Source: Dehalococcoidia bacterium (GTDB taxonomy: Bacteria; Chloroflexota; Dehalococcoidia; Lucifugimonadales; Australimonadaceae). From it: a stretch of 64,000 nucleotides of DNA. Position numbers and translations under genes: made by a program. Positions 58,764 to 64,000 of the stretch are shown here, piece after piece. How positions within the stretch are numbered: the stretch's first letter is position 1; each line of letters starts with the position of its first letter. The notes under the pieces were generated by a model. It was not told the DNA's origin, did not search any database, and saw only the letters and a list, made by a program, of their open reading frames with translations. The DNA lies in contig DAOUJO010000007.1 in the NCBI GenBank assembly GCA_034422595.1, positions 212,040 to 276,039 of the forward strand, written 5' to 3'.

Positions 58764-60469
58764 GCGCGACGGCGCCGGACGTCATCACGCAGGAGGTGGT
58801 CCGCGCGCGGGTGGACGGCATCATGCGCGAGATGCAGGCCGCCGTCATGCGCACCGGCTTCTCCACCATCATCCGCGAGTCCCACGACTTCTCCGCAGGC
58901 ATCACCGACCGCGACGGCAACACCGTCGGCCAGCACTCGGCGCTCCTCCAGCACCGCGGCGCGTACCCGGACTGCGTCGCGGGTGTCCTCCGTCACTACC
59001 CGCGCGAGGCGATGGAGGACGGCGACTGCTACCTCATCTCCGACCCGTACTCGTCCGGCTGCCCACACCCCAACGACATGGTCGTCGTGACGCCCGTCGT
59101 CGTGGACGGCGAGGTCGTCGCGTTCTGCTCCTCGATGGGCCACAAGAGCGACATCGGCGGGCAGTCGCCCGGCAGCCGGAACGCGATAGCGCGCGACGTG
59201 TTCGGCGAGGGGCTGAACATCGCGCCCGTGCGCTTCCACCGCCGCCGCGAGCCCGTGAAGGAGGTCATGCAGTTCCTCACGGCCAACAGCCGCACGCCGG
59301 AGCTGGTCATCGGCGACCTGAACGCGCAGGCTGGCGCGATGTACACCATCGGCGCGGGACGGTTGAAGGAGCTGTTCGCGCAGTTCGGCACGGAGACGGT
59401 CACCGGCGCGTTCGCGGACACCGCGCGGCGCACGGAGATGCGCGTGCGGGCCGCCATCGCCGAGTGGCCGGATGGCGAAGCCGAGGCCGAGGGCTACGTG
59501 GACGACATCGTGGACAAGAGCAAGGCGGTGCGCATCCACGTCCGCATCGAGAAGTCGGGCGACGGCCTGCTCGCCGACTTCTCCGGCTCCGACGACCAGA
59601 GCCCCGGCCCCATCAACGTGCGCCCGCCGTTCATCTACGGCATGGCACAGTTCGCCCTCATCGCGATGATCGACCCGGACCTGTACGGCAACGCGGGGCT
59701 CGCGCGGACGATACGGTTCCGCTTCCGCCCCGGCAGCGTCGTCAACCCCACCTACCCTGCGCCAGTCGGCTTCTACTCGATGACCATCCCGGTCGTCGAG
59801 GACGTGCTGTTCGAGGCGATGAGCAAGGTGGCGGGGCGTCCGCTCGTGGCGCACAACGCGCCGCCGAACCTCGTCGTCATCGGCAACGTCTCCGGCCGGG
59901 GAAAGCGCTACGTGCAGTACGAGTTGCTGCGCTCCGGCAACGGCGCGTACGACGGCGGCGACGGCTGGACGGGCACCGCGCACTCGGCGAGCGGCGGCTC
60001 CAAGTTCACGAGCGTCGAGATAATCGAGTCCGAGTTCGACGCGGAGGTCGAGCGGTTCGAGATCATCCCGGACTCCGGCGGCGCGGGGAAGCACCGGGGC
60101 GGCAACGGCCTGCTGCGCCGCTACCGCATCCACTCGGAAAGCCGGTTCGCGGGCGGCAACCCGCGCAACCTGCGCCCTCCGCACGGGCTCGCGGGCGCGG
60201 GCGACGGCGCGCCGGGCGGCGTCACCGTCAACCCCGGCGCCGAGAACGAGGAGACGCACCTGGGCCTGATCTCCAACGTACCGCTGCCCGAGGACTGCAT
60301 CATCGAGGCGCGCACGAGCGGCGCGGGCGGCGTCGGCCCGCCGAAGGAGCGCGACCGCCGCAAGGTGGTCCGCGACCTGCGCAACGGCCTCATCAGCAGG
60401 CAGGCCGCGATAGACGTCTACGGCCTCGACCCGCAGACCGCGGATGCCGCGCTCGTGCCTGGGCTGTAG
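58760..60469 (+). CDS. hyuB: Hydantoinase B/oxoprolinase family protein (paralogue 4)
   Basis: ATG 58760 overlaps the hyuB3 stop (ATGA). MSATAPDVITQEVVRARVDGIMREMQAAVMRTGFSTIIRESHDFSAGITD. 569 aa. The first about 1.5 kb of ORF 57266..60469 is shadow. Confidence 0.85.
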   Translation: MSATAPDVITQEVVRARVDGIMREMQAAVMRTGFSTIIRESHDFSAGITDRDGNTVGQHSALLQHRGAYPDCVAGVLRHYPREAMEDGDCYLISDPYSSGCPHPNDMVVVTPVVVDGEVVAFCSSMGHKSDIGGQSPGSRNAIARDVFGEGLNIAPVRFHRRREPVKEVMQFLTANSRTPELVIGDLNAQAGAMYTIGAGRLKELFAQFGTETVTGAFADTARRTEMRVRAAIAEWPDGEAEAEGYVDDIVDKSKAVRIHVRIEKSGDGLLADFSGSDDQSPGPINVRPPFIYGMAQFALIAMIDPDLYGNAGLARTIRFRFRPGSVVNPTYPAPVGFYSMTIPVVEDVLFEAMSKVAGRPLVAHNAPPNLVVIGNVSGRGKRYVQYELLRSGNGAYDGGDGWTGTAHSASGGSKFTSVEIIESEFDAEVERFEIIPDSGGAGKHRGGNGLLRRYRIHSESRFAGGNPRNLRPPHGLAGAGDGAPGGVTVNPGAENEETHLGLISNVPLPEDCIIEARTSGAGGVGPPKERDRRKVVRDLRNGLISRQAAIDVYGLDPQTADAALVPGL

Positions 60470-60493
60470 CCCCCTCCCTTCCTCCCACGGGCG

Positions 60494-60499
60494 TATACT
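60494..60499 (+). promoter_or_regulatory. Candidate -10 box TATACT(CC) upstream of the amidohydrolase at 60530
   Basis: GGCGTATACTCCCC is the exact reverse complement of the 13-mer at 5918..5930. GAAGGAGG RBS follows. Confidence 0.4.
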
Positions 60500-60529
60500 C
60501 CCCGCACGCACCAGCGAAGGAGGCGCATC

Positions 60530-61600
60530 ATGCCGGTCGTCGACGCCGACACCCACGTGGACGAGAACGAGGAGACGTGGTCGTACCTGCTGCCGGAGCA
60601 CGAGCGGTTCCGCCCAATCACCATCGAACCGCCCGACGGCTGGGTCGACCCCTCGCTCGCCCCGAAGGGCTACAACCGCTTCTGGAGCATCGATGGCGCG
60701 CTCCGCATCCGCCGCAACCGCGACGACATCCGCACCGGCACGACCGTCGGGACACGCGAGTTGACCGACGTCGCCGGACGGTTGCGCGACATGGACCAAC
60801 TGGGCGTCGACGTGCAGGTGATGTACCCCACCCTCTTCCTCACCACGGTCAGCGCGAAGCCGGACGTGGAGTACGCGCTCGTCCGCGCCTACAACCGCTG
60901 GCTCGGCGCGAAGTCGGAGGAGAGCGGCTGGCGTCTCCGCTGGGTCGTCATCCCGCCCATCCTGAGCATGGACAAGGCCGCGGAAGAGATCGAGTGGGGC
61001 AAGGAGCACGGTGCGTGCGGCGTGTTCAAGCGCGGCGTCGAGGCGGGCAACCGCTCGGCGAACGATCCGTACTTCTTCCCGCTGTACGAGGCGGCGGAGC
61101 GGCTGGACATGCCGGTCTGCGTTCACATCGCCGCAGGCGACCCGGCCATCACCGACACGCTCATGTCCCATCTGACGATGTACAACTTCAGCCTCTCCCC
61201 GATCGACGCGTTCATCTCCATGGTCCTGGCAGGCATACCGGCGCGCTTCCCGAAGCTGCGCGTGGGCTTCATCGAGACGATGTCGTCCTGGGCGCCGTAC
61301 GCGATGGCGGAGCTGCAGGCGCGGCACGAGCGCTCAGGCTGGATGGGGCAGTTCGAGTTGGGACAGGACCTCTTCCGCGAAGGACGGCTCTACCTCGCCT
61401 GCCAGACACACGAGGACCTGCCATACATCATGAAGTGCACCGGCGAGGACAACCTCGTCATCGGCACCGACTACACGCACGCCGACCAGTCCGCCGAGAT
61501 CGAGGCGCACGCCATCCTGCGCAGGCGCGAGGACATACCCGCGCACGTGGCCGACAAGATCGTGCGCGACAACCCCACGCGGTTCTACGGTCTTGACTGA
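60530..61600 (+). CDS. Amidohydrolase-2 family protein
   Basis: MPVVDADTHVDENEETW metal motif and GTDYTHAD near the C-terminus. 356 aa. Confidence 0.8.
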   Translation: MPVVDADTHVDENEETWSYLLPEHERFRPITIEPPDGWVDPSLAPKGYNRFWSIDGALRIRRNRDDIRTGTTVGTRELTDVAGRLRDMDQLGVDVQVMYPTLFLTTVSAKPDVEYALVRAYNRWLGAKSEESGWRLRWVVIPPILSMDKAAEEIEWGKEHGACGVFKRGVEAGNRSANDPYFFPLYEAAERLDMPVCVHIAAGDPAITDTLMSHLTMYNFSLSPIDAFISMVLAGIPARFPKLRVGFIETMSSWAPYAMAELQARHERSGWMGQFELGQDLFREGRLYLACQTHEDLPYIMKCTGEDNLVIGTDYTHADQSAEIEAHAILRRREDIPAHVADKIVRDNPTRFYGLD

Positions 61601-61642
61601 CGCGCCCCCGCCGGGGAATGACGGGCGCACGGACGCGCCGAG

Positions 61643-62563
61643 GTGAGCACCGAGCTCACCGGCGTCCTCTTCGCCGTCGGCACTTCCATCGCGTTCGGGC
61701 TTGGCTCCACCGTCGCGCGGCTCGGGCTCGTTGGCACGCCGGTCGTCACCGGCACCGTGGTCTCGATGATCGCGGGCACGACACTCATCGTAGCGGTCGC
61801 GGCGCCCAGCTACGCCTCCACGCTCGGCGGGATCCAGGCTTCCGGCTGGGCGCTCATCGTGTTCACCTCCGTCATCAACTATCCCATCGGGCGGCTGCTG
61901 GTGTTCAACGCGATGCTGCGTATCGGTGTCGCGCGGGGCAACACCATCGTCTCCGCGAACCCCGTGGTCGCCGGCACCATCGCCATCATCTGGCTCGGTG
62001 AGGTGCTCGGCTTCCAGAAAGGGTTGGGTATGTTCGCCTGTGTCGGCGGAGGGGTGCTCGTCGCGTGGGCCGCGCGGCAGGGACCGTCCGCCGACGAGTC
62101 CGCGCTCGCCGAGGACCCGCGACTCGCAGAGACGACCAAGGGCCTCCTCGCCGCGCTTGGCGCGATGCTCTCCTACGGAACAGTGAGCGCGCTCGTCAAG
62201 AAGATCGTGACGGACGTGACGGAGCCCATCATCGGGGCGTCGCTCGTGTTCTCGTTCGGCACGGCGATGGTCGCGATGCTGTCGCTGCCGCGTCTTAGGA
62301 AAGACCTGCGGCGGATCACGTTCCGGCGCGGCTGGCAGCTCGTGCTGGGCGGCTCCGGCATGTCGCTCGGCGTCCTGCTCTTCTACAACGCAGCGAGCCG
62401 TGCGCCCGTCACGGCGGTCGCGCCGGTCGTGGCGCTATCGCCCATCATCGCGATCCTCTTCGCGCAGGTCATCGCGCGGCGCTTCGAACTCATGGACAAG
62501 CGCATCTGGATAGGCGCGGCGTCGGTCGTGGTGGGCGTCGCGCTCATCGGCACGTCGCTCTGA
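61643..62563 (+). CDS. DMT-superfamily (EamA-like) transporter
   Basis: 306 aa with about 10 TM helices arranged as two similar halves. Confidence 0.7.
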   Translation: MSTELTGVLFAVGTSIAFGLGSTVARLGLVGTPVVTGTVVSMIAGTTLIVAVAAPSYASTLGGIQASGWALIVFTSVINYPIGRLLVFNAMLRIGVARGNTIVSANPVVAGTIAIIWLGEVLGFQKGLGMFACVGGGVLVAWAARQGPSADESALAEDPRLAETTKGLLAALGAMLSYGTVSALVKKIVTDVTEPIIGASLVFSFGTAMVAMLSLPRLRKDLRRITFRRGWQLVLGGSGMSLGVLLFYNAASRAPVTAVAPVVALSPIIAILFAQVIARRFELMDKRIWIGAASVVVGVALIGTSL

Positions 62564-62618
62564 GCGCACACTCGAATGTTGCGCCCCTCTCCCCCACGGG
62601 ATACCCTCCGCACGCGCG

Positions 62619-62639
62619 CCCTCTCCCTCCAGGAGAGGG
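62619..62639. repeat. CCCTCTCC-loop-GGAGAGGG hairpin repeat (copy 2)
   Basis: 8-bp perfect stem. Same family as 18455..18475. Confidence 0.55.
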
Positions 62640-62663
62640 GATTCGAGCGAGAGGAGCGAAATC

Positions 62664-63614
62664 ATGACCAGCCTGATCACCGGAGCGGGACTCGTCGGAA
62701 CGTCGTACGCGCGGGAGGCCATCGCGCAGGGAGACCCCGTCGTCTTCTACGACGTGCGCCCGGACGCGAACTACATCAACGTGAAACTCGACGGCGCAGC
62801 GTACGAGACCGCGCAGGGCGACCTGCGCGACCTGCCCGCGCTCGTGACCGCGATGCAGAAGCACCAGCCGGAGATCGTCGTGCACACGGCGGGGCTCATC
62901 GGCAACAGCGTCAGCAGCCCGGTCTACACCGGCATGCAGATCAACGTGCAAGGCACCATCAACGTGCTGGAGGCCGCGCGGCTCACCGGCGTGAAGCGGT
63001 TCATCCACGTGAGCACCTACGGCGTCTACGACCGCCGCTCCGAGGCCGGCGGGACGATACCCGAGAACTATCCCCGCGCAGGCGAGGGCAACCCCTACTC
63101 CGCGTCCAAGGTGGCGAACGAGCACATCGCCGAGGCGTACGCGACGTACTACGGCTTCGAGTTGGTGTTCGTACGCCCGTCCAACGTCTTCGGCTACAAC
63201 CACTTCCGGGGCGGCTCCGGCGGCGGCATGACCGTCCACAGCGTCGTCGAGGCCGGGCTCACCGGCGAGCCGCTGGTCGTGCCCGCCATCCGCGGCCGGG
63301 CGTTCGAGTACGTGTACGGCAAGGACCTGGGGCGTCTCATCCGCCGCGCGGCGGGCATCCCGCTCTCCGGCGTCACGGCGTTCAACGGCGGCAACGGCTA
63401 CATCACCACGTTCGAGGAGCTGGTGGAGGCGGTGCGCACGGTGTTCCCTGACCTCAACGTGACCGTCGAATCGCCGGACCGGCCCATCCCCGACGCCACA
63501 ACGCCGCTCGACATCTCCAACGCCAAGGCACTGCTCGACTGGCAGCCGGAGTTCTCGGTGCCCGAGGCGTTCGCCGACTACGTCGCGGAGATGCGCCGCG
63601 CCGAGGGGCGGTAG
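62664..63614 (+). CDS. NAD-dependent epimerase/dehydratase (extended SDR)
   Basis: LITGAGLVGTS cofactor motif and YSASK catalytic motif. GAGGAG RBS. Confidence 0.8.
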   Translation: MTSLITGAGLVGTSYAREAIAQGDPVVFYDVRPDANYINVKLDGAAYETAQGDLRDLPALVTAMQKHQPEIVVHTAGLIGNSVSSPVYTGMQINVQGTINVLEAARLTGVKRFIHVSTYGVYDRRSEAGGTIPENYPRAGEGNPYSASKVANEHIAEAYATYYGFELVFVRPSNVFGYNHFRGGSGGGMTVHSVVEAGLTGEPLVVPAIRGRAFEYVYGKDLGRLIRRAAGIPLSGVTAFNGGNGYITTFEELVEAVRTVFPDLNVTVESPDRPIPDATTPLDISNAKALLDWQPEFSVPEAFADYVAEMRRAEGR

Positions 63615-63633
63615 GGGCTGCGCTGCAGTATCC

Positions 63634-64000
63634 TCACCCCTCCTGCAGGAACTCCCTGACGATCCCGGCCACGAGGTCGGGTTGGTCGCTCTGGACCTGG
63701 TGGCCCGCGTTCGGGATCCAGTGGAAGGGGACGTGCGGCAGCATCTTCTCGAGCTGCTTCCCGTACTCCGGAGAAGCGAAGTGGTCTTGCTCGCCCCACA
63801 GGAAGATCGTCGGGATGCGTTCCGTTACCCAGGGAAGCGTCTCGCGCAGGTCATAGCCGATCCTGAGCAGCGGGTCGTTCTGGAACCGCTGGTTCGCCTC
63901 CTGGAAGGCCTTGTTCGTCTCCGGGACTCCGGGCCGGTTCGCAACCGCCAGTCGCTGGTCGATGACCTCGTCGGTAATCATCTCATCCCGGTGGATGATG
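63634..64000 (-). CDS. Alpha/beta-fold hydrolase, C-terminal part (5' end lies outside the window)
   Basis: The frame stays open to nt 64000 (…IIHRDEMITDE…). LWGEQDHFASP and IPNAGHQVQSDQP (catalytic His region) resemble meta-cleavage-product hydrolases/esterases. Confidence 0.7.
   Translation of the reverse strand, partial: IIHRDEMITDEVIDQRLAVANRPGVPETNKAFQEANQRFQNDPLLRIGYDLRETLPWVTERIPTIFLWGEQDHFASPEYGKQLEKMLPHVPFHWIPNAGHQVQSDQPDLVAGIVREFLQEG

Noticed and set aside
57266-60469. 1067-aa ORF that could be read as a giant HyuB fusion
   Set aside because: Its first about 500 codons are an out-of-frame, Arg-rich shadow of hyuB3. Recognisable HyuB sequence begins only at the ATG at 58760, which overlaps the hyuB3 stop codon.
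58751-61327. 858-aa ORF on the minus strand
   Set aside because: It is antisense to hyuB4 and the Amidohydro_2 gene, with low-complexity Arg/Ala/Asp/Val composition. The same reasoning applies to 11279..13021, 16617..17882, 51732..53603, 44783..46891, 28993..30588 and similar long antisense ORFs.
1-64000. tRNA, rRNA, CRISPR, integrase, transposase or phage structural genes that could explain the two low-GC islands
   Set aside because: I could not recognise any cloverleaf-like tRNA sequence, rRNA segment, repeat-spacer array or recombinase motif in the intergenic regions or ORF translations. A tRNAscan/Infernal/ISfinder run would be needed to confirm this.

Overview
This is a high-GC bacterial chromosomal segment; the 60-nt lines I hand-counted are mostly above 60% G+C. 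I call 58 protein genes. I saw no rRNA, tRNA, CRISPR array, integrase or transposase. All functional calls come from motif recognition by eye, because no searches could be run.

Gene content is dominated by aerobic catabolism of carboxylated, aromatic or cyclic-amide compounds:
- CoxL/S/G-like molybdoenzyme parts
- 2 UbiD decarboxylases
- 3 Rieske oxygenase alpha subunits
- 4 Amidohydro_2 enzymes, two of them a recent tandem duplicate
- 4 hydantoinase-B (HyuB) paralogues but only 1 HyuA
- cupins, a GMC oxidoreductase and an FAD monooxygenase
- a TctABC transporter and a LivJHMGF-type ABC transporter

The intergenic DNA carries several REP/MITE-like hairpin repeat families. The repeat types, monoderm-style Pro/Thr-rich lipoprotein linkers and paralogue expansions suggest a Chloroflexota-like marine or sponge-associated heterotroph. 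That taxonomic guess is inference only.

The most unusual content is two abrupt low-GC single-gene islands:
- 30742..31785 encodes a winged-helix-like N-terminus fused to a nucleoside-2-deoxyribosyltransferase/TIR-like domain. It is bracketed by about 50-bp imperfect direct repeats. An array of ATGAGCGG motifs phased at 10-11 bp follows it, and a second inverted copy of that array lies at 56.7 kb. I consider this the best candidate for an undescribed stand-alone nucleotide-targeting defence or conflict element.
- 13458..14912 encodes a soluble KAP-family P-loop NTPase directly behind an orphan BrnA/DUF4415 antitoxin-like gene.

Other notable points are the 4:1 HyuB:HyuA imbalance with a translationally coupled hyuB-hyuB pair, conserved leaderless-type promoters, a Cro/YdaS-HTH::inositol-3-phosphate-synthase fusion, and the absence of any classical transcription factor gene in 64 kb.
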